A stretch of 64,000 nucleotides of DNA from IMG/VR virus record IMGVR_UViG_3300006752_000020. One strand, 5' to 3'. This DNA is from an uncultured virus (IMG/VR IMGVR_UViG_3300006752_000020) (Duplodnaviria > Heunggongvirae > Uroviricota > Caudoviricetes). This document shows positions 1-9,500 of the stretch, piece by piece. The position numbers and the translations under genes were made by a program. A model generated the notes under the pieces. That model searched no databases. It worked only from the letters and a program-made list of their open reading frames with translations, and was not told the origin of the DNA. The first letter of the stretch is position 1; every line of letters begins with the position of its first letter.

Positions 1-224
1 CCAGGAATCCTACCAGCACTAGTAAACTTCTTACTATCAGATTTAACTGCTTGAACAAGATACTCGATTGAAGTTACACACCCACTGATATGTCCTGCTT
101 CATATTGTCCACAGGCATTCTCATAGTTGGTACTACTGTAACCCCAGACTTCAATACCCTTTTCGATCATACGGCGGGCCATACCTTCACCAGTACGACC
201 TAGACCAATCATTCCAACTTTCAT
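1..224 (-). CDS. gnd: 6-phosphogluconate dehydrogenase-like protein, N-terminal part (runs off window)
   Basis: Own translation from ATG at 224: MKVGMIGLGRTGEGMARRMIEKGIEVWGYSSTNYENACGQYEAGHISGCVTSIEYLVQAVK; Rossmann GLGxxG; resembles the cyanophage Gnd N-terminus; lies next to petF/petE. Confidence 0.75.
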   Translation of the reverse strand, partial: MKVGMIGLGRTGEGMARRMIEKGIEVWGYSSTNYENACGQYEAGHISGCVTSIEYLVQAVKSDSKKFTSAGRIP

Positions 225-228
225 AATT

Positions 229-444
229 TTACAGTGTAATTTTTAACCAAGGTAATATCGGAGGGATTACTCCAATGAGTCGAAGTAAACCCTCAGCAAA
301 AAGTGCGAGAACAACCCAACCAACACACATACTAATAATTCCAGCGTTACGATTATGCTTTCGTATTGCATCGTCAATCATCTCCTGGCATTGTTTTTTA
401 GTAATATAGTGAGGAGGTTTAATTTCAGTCATTCTGTGTGGCAC
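229..444 (-). CDS. small membrane protein, cyanophage hypothetical
   Basis: ORF track; one hydrophobic segment (IISMCVGWVVLALFAEGLL); packed tightly between petF and gnd. Confidence 0.7.
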   Translation of the reverse strand: MPHRMTEIKPPHYITKKQCQEMIDDAIRKHNRNAGIISMCVGWVVLALFAEGLLRLIGVIPPILPWLKITL

Positions 445-452
445 TGATTATT

Positions 453-746
453 TTAATAAATTTCTTCCTCTGCCTCTGCTTTGACTACACAATCAGAAGT
501 GGGATATGACACGCATAAAAGTGCAAATCCTGCCTCCATTTGATCATCATCTAGAAAAGATTGTTCTTCTTGATTGACTGTACCTTCTAGAATTTTTCCC
601 GCACATGAAGAACAGGCACCAGCACGACAAGAGTAAGGAAGATCAACACCTGCTTCCTCAGCAGCGTCTAAAATATAATCATCAGGAGAACATTCAAAAG
701 AAGATTCTGTGCCGTCTGAAAGTTTAACTTTGATTGAATAAGTCAT
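453..746 (-). CDS. petF: plant-type [2Fe-2S] ferredoxin
   Basis: [16 protein letters not shown]...LLCVSYP motif. Confidence 0.97.
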   Translation of the reverse strand: MTYSIKVKLSDGTESSFECSPDDYILDAAEEAGVDLPYSCRAGACSSCAGKILEGTVNQEEQSFLDDDQMEAGFALLCVSYPTSDCVVKAEAEEEIY

Positions 747-1070
747 TTAGTTTACATGAATTGTGCCAGTCATCCCTGCGCCCTGGTGAGGTCCACAGAA
801 GAAATTATAGTCCCCTTTGTCTGCAAATACAACATCCTGTGTTTCTCCAGGAGCAAACAGTAATGCTTCTCTGGAAAGATCTGCACGACCTTCTACAATA
901 ATATTGTGAGGAGGTAGTGCTTCATTGACAAAATGAACTGTATCACCTGCAGAGATTGTAATCTCATTCGGTTCAAATACTAGGTTGCCATCATGACCCA
1001 TTGAGACATCTACTGCCCATGCAGGCGCAGCAAAAAAGAGTGTAGCTAGTAGTGCAAAAAATAGCTTCAT
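747..1070 (-). CDS. petE: plastocyanin
   Basis: Signal peptide ending APAWA; copper ligands in PPHN and CGPHQGAGM. Confidence 0.96.
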   Translation of the reverse strand: MKLFFALLATLFFAAPAWAVDVSMGHDGNLVFEPNEITISAGDTVHFVNEALPPHNIIVEGRADLSREALLFAPGETQDVVFADKGDYNFFCGPHQGAGMTGTIHVN

Positions 1071-1134
1071 TGAGTGTTTGCAACTATACTATCTAGTACT
1101 CTTTTTATACCTTCCTTCAAAAAATATCAGCGTT

Positions 1135-1470
1135 TCAGAACTCAAATCCCATATCATTTCCTAAGTCTCTCATTTTTTCCATTGACTCTTTTTTCTCTTT
1201 CATTGCACCGTCAATATACCCCATCCGATACTCCCAAGTTTGTCCACCCTCCTTACCTTTTAAAGGATTGATGCACTGCTCATTGCCCAATTTGTTGCAA
1301 ACAAGACCAGCAAGGTCAAGCTCACTAGAAACAGATGAACCGCCAGTGCCACGCCAGACATGTTGTCCATTTATCCAAGTTGCTCCACACTTTTCACATT
1401 CTTTACGCTCTAGTTTAAAATCTGAAAATTCCTTGTCAGACATAATTACTCTTAAATCGGACATCATCAC
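1135..1470 (-). CDS. Cys-containing cyanophage hypothetical protein
   Basis: CEKC...DLAGLVCN...CINP; preceded by a late-promoter-like motif. Confidence 0.7.
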   Translation of the reverse strand: MMMSDLRVIMSDKEFSDFKLERKECEKCGATWINGQHVWRGTGGSSVSSELDLAGLVCNKLGNEQCINPLKGKEGGQTWEYRMGYIDGAMKEKKESMEKMRDLGNDMGFEF

Positions 1471-1503
1471 TCCTGTAGGATATCCTACAGATATATTATG
1501 ACA

Positions 1504-1511
1504 TATTTATC
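1504..1511 (-). promoter_or_regulatory. late promoter-like motif GATAAATA
   Basis: tatttatc on + strand, 34 nt upstream of the ORF at 1470. Confidence 0.55.
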
Positions 1512-2400
1512 AGCACTTCCACTTTCTTAATGCTAGAGCTTTACGGGTAGGTTCACCGTTAGGTTTTTTCATTGCACCTTTCATACCACCCATACGAGCA
1601 CAGAAGGATCTTTTTCTAGGACCACCTTCAGGTTGAGGTGCTTTGAGATCACTGCCAGGATTCTCACGCTCATAAGACTTACGGCCCTTTTCATTCAGAC
1701 CACCTTTTTTATTCTTACCTTCACTGCGTTGCCATGCAGCAGACTTCTCTTCAATAGTCTCACCTTCAGGATCAAAAGATTGATTGAGCATTTGATTAGT
1801 CATCCTATCAATCCTCATCTTTCTATCACCAAGTTTACCAGCAAGTCCTTGATTACCAGTGGGACCCTTAACTTGTTTCTTAGCAAGTGGATTTTTAATA
1901 TCTAGATTAGGATGACCAATATATCCGTCTCCAGGTTTGCCGCCAACAAATTCATTAACAACACTCTCTTTTACCTTCTGAGAGACATTCTTAATAGCAA
2001 ATGCATCCCAATAATCAGGACCATAAGCACACTCTTCTCTGACTTCCATCTTCTCACACTTAGGACAGAATCTCATATCTGTCTCCTCAATCAACTCACC
2101 TTGCGGTTGATATCCAGCCATTTGTGTGGATGGTTTCTTTTGAGCTAGAGGAGGAAGTTGTGCTCCAGATTTCTTTAAGAAAGCATCCTTCTCATTAGGA
2201 TTAGTTGTACTTTTCCCTTTATTATAAATCTTACTACCTCTCATAGCACCTTTGTGCCCTGGTCCAATAGTAAAACTTCCCTCTGTAATTTTTACAGAGG
2301 AATCGTCAACTTTAGGGGCATCACAGTCTCCTGTAGTGAGAGGCTTTTTTTTCCTCCCTTCTGCTAGGAAGTTAGAAATATCTGAATATGATAGTGCCAT
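1510..2400 (-). CDS. basic phage protein with internal CxxC motif and DUF6321-like C-terminal domain
   Basis: RFCPKC...C; C-terminal AAWQRSEGKNKKGGLNEKGRKSY...RKRSFCARMGG...ALRKWKC. Confidence 0.7.
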   Translation of the reverse strand: MALSYSDISNFLAEGRKKKPLTTGDCDAPKVDDSSVKITEGSFTIGPGHKGAMRGSKIYNKGKSTTNPNEKDAFLKKSGAQLPPLAQKKPSTQMAGYQPQGELIEETDMRFCPKCEKMEVREECAYGPDYWDAFAIKNVSQKVKESVVNEFVGGKPGDGYIGHPNLDIKNPLAKKQVKGPTGNQGLAGKLGDRKMRIDRMTNQMLNQSFDPEGETIEEKSAAWQRSEGKNKKGGLNEKGRKSYERENPGSDLKAPQPEGGPRKRSFCARMGGMKGAMKKPNGEPTRKALALRKWKC

Positions 2401-2427
2401 ACCTAAAAGTTTAGAACCTTATCTAAC

Positions 2428-2438
2428 TATTTATTTAG
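2428..2438 (-). promoter_or_regulatory. late promoter-like motifs (CTAAATAAATA)
   Basis: tatttatttag on + strand just upstream of the ATG at 2400. Confidence 0.6.
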
Positions 2439-2446
2439 TACTAGGA

Positions 2447-2884
2447 TTATACAGTTGGTTTTACAGGTGGTTCACTATCTTTTGTAGTAAACTGAATTGG
2501 TGCCTGCTCAATACGAATAGTTTGTGAGGGTGCAGTTTGTGCTGCTTTCTCAATCAATCTTTCCATCTGTTCTTTGGTGATACCACCACCACCATTACCA
2601 CCACCTTCTCCTGCTTTCTTTGCTGCCTGAACACCAAAAGTAGCTAAAACTCCGGTGAAGACGCTGGCTATAAAAGTGGGATCTAGTTTTTGTTCAGGAA
2701 TTCCAAGTGCTGGTGGAAGTTTGATGTATGCCAGCGTGAGTATTCCGCCAGACCAAACAAGGATGCCGAGCCTAACAAAAGTAGACAGAATAGCAAGCTG
2801 TTCTTCTTTGTCATCTGCTGCCTCTTTAATTTTACCTAAGAGACCTTTCTTTTTAGGTTCTTCTTTTTTGACTTCTTCTGGCAT
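2447..2884 (-). CDS. two-TM cyanophage membrane protein
   Basis: Two hydrophobic helices (FVRLGILVWSGGILTLAY; FIASVFTGVLATFGV). Confidence 0.75.
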   Translation of the reverse strand: MPEEVKKEEPKKKGLLGKIKEAADDKEEQLAILSTFVRLGILVWSGGILTLAYIKLPPALGIPEQKLDPTFIASVFTGVLATFGVQAAKKAGEGGGNGGGGITKEQMERLIEKAAQTAPSQTIRIEQAPIQFTTKDSEPPVKPTV

Positions 2885-2905
2885 TGAAAGGAAGCATGGC
2901 TCTTC

Positions 2906-2913
2906 TATTTATT
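2906..2913 (-). promoter_or_regulatory. late promoter-like motif AATAAATA
   Basis: tatttatt on + strand, overlaps the upstream gene's stop, 22 nt before the ATG at 2884. Confidence 0.6.
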
Positions 2914-3112
2914 TTTCAGAAAAGTTATATTCCATTAGCATAGCAAAATACTTATCTTTCATATCCATAAGAAATTGTTGCTCTTCTACTGGTCTTGCAG
3001 GAGACCCAGGCCACATCTTTAATGAATACTGTAAGTGAGAATACATGAACCGTATTTCATCGATCCCGATATTGACACTGCAGTACCACTCTTCAGGATC
3101 TAACCCGTTCAT
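2909..3112 (-). CDS. hypothetical protein
   Basis: ORF track; ATGA overlap with the gp16 stop. Confidence 0.7.
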   Translation of the reverse strand: MNGLDPEEWYCSVNIGIDEIRFMYSHLQYSLKMWPGSPARPVEEQQFLMDMKDKYFAMLMEYNFSEK

Positions 3113-3513
3113 TTTTTCTTATTCATTTCTTTCAGCATTTTTTGTAACTCTGCAGTACTACCAACAAACATAGCGTTGTTTGTTACACTTGAAGGACCTT
3201 TTACTTCTTCCTTGACATCCTTAATATCTTTTTGCAGCTTCATTAATTTATCAGTATTATCGGCAACATTCTTGAGTAACTGACCAGCAACTTCATATGC
3301 TCTAGGAGATTGTGTTTCCTCAGCAAGTTCCATCACACCATTCAATACTTCCTGACCCTTTTCAATCAAAGAATATAAATTAGCCCTGGTATAACTATAA
3401 TCTTTATCAATATCATTCTGAGTTAAATGTTCCGGTTTTGGTTTTTTAATCGGAGTAACATCAATAGTTTCACTAGATGTATTTAAAGATTCGTCTATTT
3501 TTTTGAAATCCAT
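3109..3513 (-). CDS. gp16: terminase small subunit (T4 gp16-like)
   Basis: DYSYTRANLYSLIEKGQE...SPRAYEVAGQL...NNAMFVGSTAELQKML; follows gp15. Confidence 0.92.
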   Translation of the reverse strand: MDFKKIDESLNTSSETIDVTPIKKPKPEHLTQNDIDKDYSYTRANLYSLIEKGQEVLNGVMELAEETQSPRAYEVAGQLLKNVADNTDKLMKLQKDIKDVKEEVKGPSSVTNNAMFVGSTAELQKMLKEMNKKK

Positions 3514-4313
3514 TATACATCCTCTTGTCTGGTGGGACTATAATTTTTACCGTCATCAAAATAAGTACTAGTTTCATTAAACCCGAAATCATCTCCAGGT
3601 TCTGCAGTAATTGGATCTGGTTCAACAGTATATCTCATTTCACGCTTAGCCGTTTGTCTATTAGTATCAGAATAGTAATCAACTTGTACCTTCCGAATCA
3701 GTCCATCAGTACTCTCAGCAATAGGACCGAAGAGATATGTCTTAGCGACAAAATTTAGAGTATATGTCAAGACTCTTCGCGAAGAGAAATCTCCCTCATA
3801 TTCGTCTGAAAATGAAATATTTTCTAATACAATTGGAATATCTCTTTTTTCTCCAATTGAATTTATTAAATCTACCGTAATATTAAATGATGGTTGAAAG
3901 AATGGTAAAATTTGTTCTACAATTTGTAAAGCATCATCATTTAATTTTGTCATAATATTAAGTTCAAATCCAACATTATACGGAACTGGTAGAAATACTT
4001 TCTTTACCCTATCTTTATCGTCAACTGCTTTAAATGTTTTTGTTACTGAAGTTTTTCTTGTCGGATCATAAGCTAGACTAGTCATCTCAAAAGACATTCT
4101 TGGAAGAGTGATAGCAGTAGCCTTTGCTAACTCTTGCTGCTGTTCTATTTTTGCTAGAAATTTAGACCTAGGTCCATATGCTAATGGAACTTTAATATCA
4201 CTAATAGTTTTCCCACTCTTATCTTCTTTTTGGATATGTACTTCATTGAATAGAGTTCCAAACGAAATCACCGTTTTGCGAAGGATCTCGTGATAAAAAT
4301 AAGTGCCTAACAT
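3513..4313 (-). CDS. gp15: tail sheath stabilizer/terminator (T4 gp15-like)
   Basis: YFYHEILRKTVISFGTLFN, VPLAYGP, LPRMSFE, PVPYN, QIVEQILPFFQP. Confidence 0.95.
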   Translation of the reverse strand: MLGTYFYHEILRKTVISFGTLFNEVHIQKEDKSGKTISDIKVPLAYGPRSKFLAKIEQQQELAKATAITLPRMSFEMTSLAYDPTRKTSVTKTFKAVDDKDRVKKVFLPVPYNVGFELNIMTKLNDDALQIVEQILPFFQPSFNITVDLINSIGEKRDIPIVLENISFSDEYEGDFSSRRVLTYTLNFVAKTYLFGPIAESTDGLIRKVQVDYYSDTNRQTAKREMRYTVEPDPITAEPGDDFGFNETSTYFDDGKNYSPTRQEDV

Positions 4314-5743
4314 CAGAAAGTACCAAACGGATTAATTTCAGTGAAATCTAGGATACCTTCTGCCTCAACTTCAAACTCATCATTGAAAGTGGATTTGGTT
4401 GTCGTGTCAATTCCACTATGACTTAGAACTTGATACCTGGCTGAAGATGCTGTTCCTGTAATGAATTCACCAGGATAGAATATGCCATTATTTATTGAGA
4501 TTTCTAACTTTCTATCATTCTCATTAAATTCTCTCACATATCCTTCAGTCCCAGACAGGGATCCAACCACTCTTTCGTTGAAGAAGAATGTACCAATTCC
4601 AAGAGAAAGTGGGTCTCCGATTGTAACAATAGGTGCTTCCTCATAACCAGAACCAGCGTTAGTCAAGAATATTCTACTAATACTATCTCCATCAAGAAAA
4701 GAAATTGCAGTTGCTTGTACTTGACCTGCTTTTACACCGACTGTAGCACCTGATGTACCAATGCCAACATCAGAGGGGTGTTGAATTGTAATAATTGGAG
4801 CAGTTACATAATTTGTACCAAGATCTGTAATTCTAATTGATGTGATACCACTGTTTGTAAGAGATGCTGTTGCAGCTGCACCTACACCAGGACCACCAAA
4901 TGTAAATGCTGGTGCCTCTGTATATGCAAATCCAGGGTTTTGTAGGACTACTTGATCAACAGAATACAAACCTGATCTTTCTGTGGTAAATGCGAATGCA
5001 CCTGCCCTAGAGGAAGTAACACCAGCAGGAGAGGGCTCGATACTAACAGTGGGTGTGGAAGTATAACCATATCCATCATCATTTAAGAAAATTTGTTGTA
5101 ATGCACCTTGGCTGGCAAATGAGTCAACGGTAGCACTAGCTGTGGATCCAATACCTGCAAGAATAACTGTTGTTGTTTCTCCTTCTTGCATCACTCTTTC
5201 ATCAACACTAATAACTCCAGTATCGACATAATCATCTTCGTAGCGATAAAGTTCGCATTGAAGTTCGTAAATATAATTTTTACCTAACTGATAAAATGGA
5301 TTCTCAAACTCTACATGCTTAATTTCAAATAACCTTTCACCTAATGGAAAAAATATTAAATCTCCTTCTTTAGGTCTTTCTCCAAAAACAATATCACTAC
5401 CAGCGTTTTTTGCGTTGTGGGTTACTACAAAGGGAGCAATAAAATCTTCATACCTCTCCCTAGAAATCGTTAGCGTAATTTCATTCTGCAGATTGATACC
5501 AAATTTTGTCATGATATCACTGCCCTTAGCATATCCCTCATAGTTATTGAGGTAAGCTTCTAAAATATATGCATCATTAAACTTTGACGATTGTACTTCT
5601 CCAAGCACATCGTCAGTGACAATCATTTTTCTAGGAATATAATAACAATCAAGTCCGAACATTTTTAGATGTTCGTCTATTAACTCCTGAATGAGATTTT
5701 GCTCGTTAGGAGATCCTTGAAGAAAGAAGGGATTTAACGCCAT
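4313..5743 (-). CDS. gp14: neck protein (T4 gp14-like) with internal insertion
   Basis: NPFF..EQNLIQELIDE, RPKEGDLIFFP, FEIKHVE..PFYQLGK, C-terminal LDFTEINPFG. Confidence 0.93.
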   Translation of the reverse strand: MALNPFFLQGSPNEQNLIQELIDEHLKMFGLDCYYIPRKMIVTDDVLGEVQSSKFNDAYILEAYLNNYEGYAKGSDIMTKFGINLQNEITLTISRERYEDFIAPFVVTHNAKNAGSDIVFGERPKEGDLIFFPLGERLFEIKHVEFENPFYQLGKNYIYELQCELYRYEDDYVDTGVISVDERVMQEGETTTVILAGIGSTASATVDSFASQGALQQIFLNDDGYGYTSTPTVSIEPSPAGVTSSRAGAFAFTTERSGLYSVDQVVLQNPGFAYTEAPAFTFGGPGVGAAATASLTNSGITSIRITDLGTNYVTAPIITIQHPSDVGIGTSGATVGVKAGQVQATAISFLDGDSISRIFLTNAGSGYEEAPIVTIGDPLSLGIGTFFFNERVVGSLSGTEGYVREFNENDRKLEISINNGIFYPGEFITGTASSARYQVLSHSGIDTTTKSTFNDEFEVEAEGILDFTEINPFGTF

Positions 5744-6564
5744 TATCCAATAAGATCAAGAGGTGGGACTTCATATGTGGAGAGCATCCTATCTTCGATG
5801 CGTTGTAATTCCATTACACCATCCTCATAAATTTGTCTGCCATTCAGTTCAGTGCCTCCTGGAAGTTTAACTCCTTGAAACTTGATGAGGTTTTGACCCC
5901 ACTGTTTTTTAATAAGAGATGTAAAATACTTTTTAAGGAAAGAATCATTATAAACACCTGCATAATTTGCAGGATCCATAATTCTTTGGCAATCAATAAT
6001 TATGTATGTTCCTTCCGTTACAGATCCCCAATCGACATCGAGATACAAACGATTATTTCTCTTATTATATCTAATCTGTTTATTTGTTGTCATTAAGAAA
6101 TCAATATCTTCAAGATATGTTTTAGTCATCGCATAACTGAGAAGACCACTATATCCAAGATTGAAAGCTACATCATTTAAAAACAACTGATATTTGAAAC
6201 TAAACATGTTGTTGGAGATGAAGCTAGAATCAAACAAAAGTACTTTCTCAATTCCAATAACTGAATCTGGGACAGTCAGATAATTTGTATTCTCCTCAAA
6301 GTCTCCAGATGTTGTAGTAGAAGTAGTGATACCAAGAGATTCGCTAGCACCCCTTGCTCGGCCTCTTTTGATGTCATCTGCTGTGACCTTATACTTGAGA
6401 TAAACTCTTTCTACGCCATCAAAATGACGCTCTTGAAATAATTGAAGAGCGTCATCTAAATTATCATCTACCTGCTCATCAGCTACATTTATTTCTAAGA
6501 CAGGATACCCAAGTTGTCTAAGAGCATAATCCTTGAGTTCCTGTCTAGTAGTTGGTTTTGCCAT
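5743..6564 (-). CDS. gp13: neck protein (T4 gp13-like)
   Basis: LKDYALRQLGYPVLEINV, KKQWGQNLIKFQGVKLPGGTELNG. Confidence 0.95.
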   Translation of the reverse strand: MAKPTTRQELKDYALRQLGYPVLEINVADEQVDDNLDDALQLFQERHFDGVERVYLKYKVTADDIKRGRARGASESLGITTSTTTSGDFEENTNYLTVPDSVIGIEKVLLFDSSFISNNMFSFKYQLFLNDVAFNLGYSGLLSYAMTKTYLEDIDFLMTTNKQIRYNKRNNRLYLDVDWGSVTEGTYIIIDCQRIMDPANYAGVYNDSFLKKYFTSLIKKQWGQNLIKFQGVKLPGGTELNGRQIYEDGVMELQRIEDRMLSTYEVPPLDLIG

Positions 6565-9500
6565 CAGAATGTACCTCCATCAATGCTATTGGACCAAATT
6601 GGAATGTTGTTTTCATCCGTGGTTAGCATGTAATTGGAGGTTGTCAAGAACCCTACAGTACTAAGACCGCTAACCAATCTTCCATCTGCTTCAAAGAATG
6701 CGACACCGTTAGGTCCGCTATATCCAATACCAGTTAATCCACCTTGATCTGATCTGTAATATAGACCGTCACGGAATGTACCGTAACCGATTATGCTCAG
6801 ATTGTCTTGGACAGTTACCTGACCAGCAGCAGAATCGAGAACAAGTTCTCCACTGTTAGTATTTATTTTTGTTGATGAAGAACCAGCGCCAATTGTAATG
6901 TCTGCGACTGTAGAAACTCCAGTAACTCTGAAGTTGTTAGTGGTGAGAATACCAGAGACATTAATGTTGATTGCTTCAACACCAGCAGAACTGGTTACAA
7001 TTCCTGTAAGAATTGTTCCTTGATCTACAGTCAGAGTGGAATGGATATTTGCATCAGTAGCAACATCGATTGTTCCAGTCTGAGTTACGCCACGAACGCT
7101 AGCACCAATTGCTAGTGTCTCAAGTTTAATACCATTATTGTAGTGTAGGGTAACACGACCATCAGCAGTAAAGTTAGCGAGAGTTTCGCCAGTATACTTC
7201 TGAAGTTCTATTTGGTTAGAACGGATTGCAAGTGTGCCAGTTCCTGAATCATCAATGTATGAGTTGTTACCATCATGATAGATGGAGAGATCATCATCAT
7301 CACCGAAGTGTAATTTGACATCATCCTTAAAGGATGCAATACCAGTGAATACTGCGTTTGTAACAGCGATACCAGTAAGTTTGGCATCAAATGCATCAAG
7401 AGATTCAGTATCAATTGTGGTAATCGTTGCAGCAGTACCGACAGTATCTGTTACAGCAAGACCAGTAATGTTGACATCTTTAGCATCTAATGTCTCAATG
7501 TCAACCGTAGTGATGGTTGCGTAAGTACCGACCAGTGAAGTTACAACACCTGCAGTAATCTTTGCGTCAACTGCGTCAATGCTGAGATTGAAATCAACTC
7601 TTTCAGCAAATGTAGATACGCCAGTTACATCAAGTCTTTCAAACTTAGCGGTGTCTAGGACATCTAATCTTTGTCTAGGTGCGGCAGTGCCGATACCCAA
7701 CTTCTGATTAGCGTCTAGACGCATACCCTCAACATTATCAGTATTGAATCTGATAGTGCCGTTAGCGCCAGAATCATCCAGAGCGATAGAAGTATCGTTC
7801 TTCTGGAAGGAGTCAAGTTGGATAGTTGTCGCAGTTAAGATACCCAGGACATTGACATCACCAGTGATGTTGATATCACCAGCACCAGCAGGGTCAATGT
7901 TGATATCACCTGAGGTAGATTCAATGTTGTTTCCAGAGATCTGGATGTTACCGAATGTACCGCTTGTAGGAGTAACAGTGCTGCTGTTAGTTCCGTCAGT
8001 AATTTGGAGAGAAGAAAGTGCTTGGAGGCTGGTTACCTGCTGTGAGAACGATACAGTGCCGTTTTCTTGATCAACGAAGAATGCGTCACCAACTCTGAAG
8101 TCGCCTCTTTGATCAATACTTACGAAAGATACATCACCGTTGTTCAGTTCAGTGACTTCGTTCGCCTGAATTGCCAGGTTAGGATCGTTTGTGAAGTCGC
8201 CACCAGAACCAACATGGTTGAAGTTCAGGGCAAACATTCTCAGACTTACGCCATCACCATCAGCGATGACACCCTTCTGACCATATTCAACAGCACATCC
8301 GACCGAACGCATGTCCGCACCGAACTCGCTGTAGTCAGCAAGGATAACCTTAGTTGCAGTTCCGATACCGCCACCCGATTGAGTGATGCGGATATCTTGA
8401 TTGCGGATTACATTGTCAGTAGTTGTGGTTACTCCACTTGCACCATCAAAGTCTAGTAAGAGAACAGTGTCCTTATCGCCAGTATGTGCAGCAGTAGGAG
8501 CAGTAAAGTTAGCGGTGTACTTGGCAACTCCTCTTTCAATTCTGAAGTCGTCAATCCAACCAGTGACATTTTGACTTGCGCCATCAAAATCAGCACCAAT
8601 TACAATACCTTTAGACGCACCGTAGTCAGTTGTATCTGAGGTCTTGATGCCCCTCTGAGTACCGTCAACGAACAATCTAGTGTCTGTGCCGTCTCTAGCA
8701 AGTGCATAGTGCTTCCAGACGCCTGTAGCGATGCCTGCGCCAGATCCAGTGATAGCGGTGGTAGTACCAACCCGCATGTCAACTTCACCAGCAGCCCGAT
8801 ATGCAATACTAATACCTTCAGCATCAGTGCCGTTATCTCTCAAGTCAAAGAGAGTTGCACTAGTTAAACCAGTTGTATTTGCGTATGCCCAAAATTCAAT
8901 CGTGAAGTCTATATTAGTGCCAAAGCCAATATCACCACTAGAAGGAACGCTGATAGAATCATTAGTTCCGTCAAGTGCTAGTGATGCACTACCAAACTTC
9001 TTGACAGTTGTGTCTAATTGAGCATCATCGTTAAATGTAACTGCCTTAGCAGTTCTAGCATTCAGAAGTTCAAACCCAGTTTGCTTACCAGTTACACCTA
9101 TGTAAGTGCCATCATAAGAAGCAACAACAGCAGTCGCAACGCCAGTAGTTCCGTCAGTATCAAAGACTGTAATCGTGTTACCAACACCAACCGTAGTGAT
9201 ACCAGTCAGTCTTAATCTTGTCTCACCAGCAGAACTAATACCAAGAGATCCAGAAGTACCCTTAATTGCTTCAGCAGCAAAGTAAGAGAAACAGTTCAGG
9301 TACTCAGTGCGAGCACCGTTGGTCATAATCAGACCTTTACTGTTCGGTACAATGAAAGTAACTTCATTGAACAGGAACGCAGCCTCAAGAGATCCTGATG
9401 CTACTTCAGAACCGTCGATGTATGCACCACCACCAGCGATGTAGGAGGAAGGTGCAGAATCAGCAGATCCATAACCGTATGGATCACTAGCAGAAGTATT

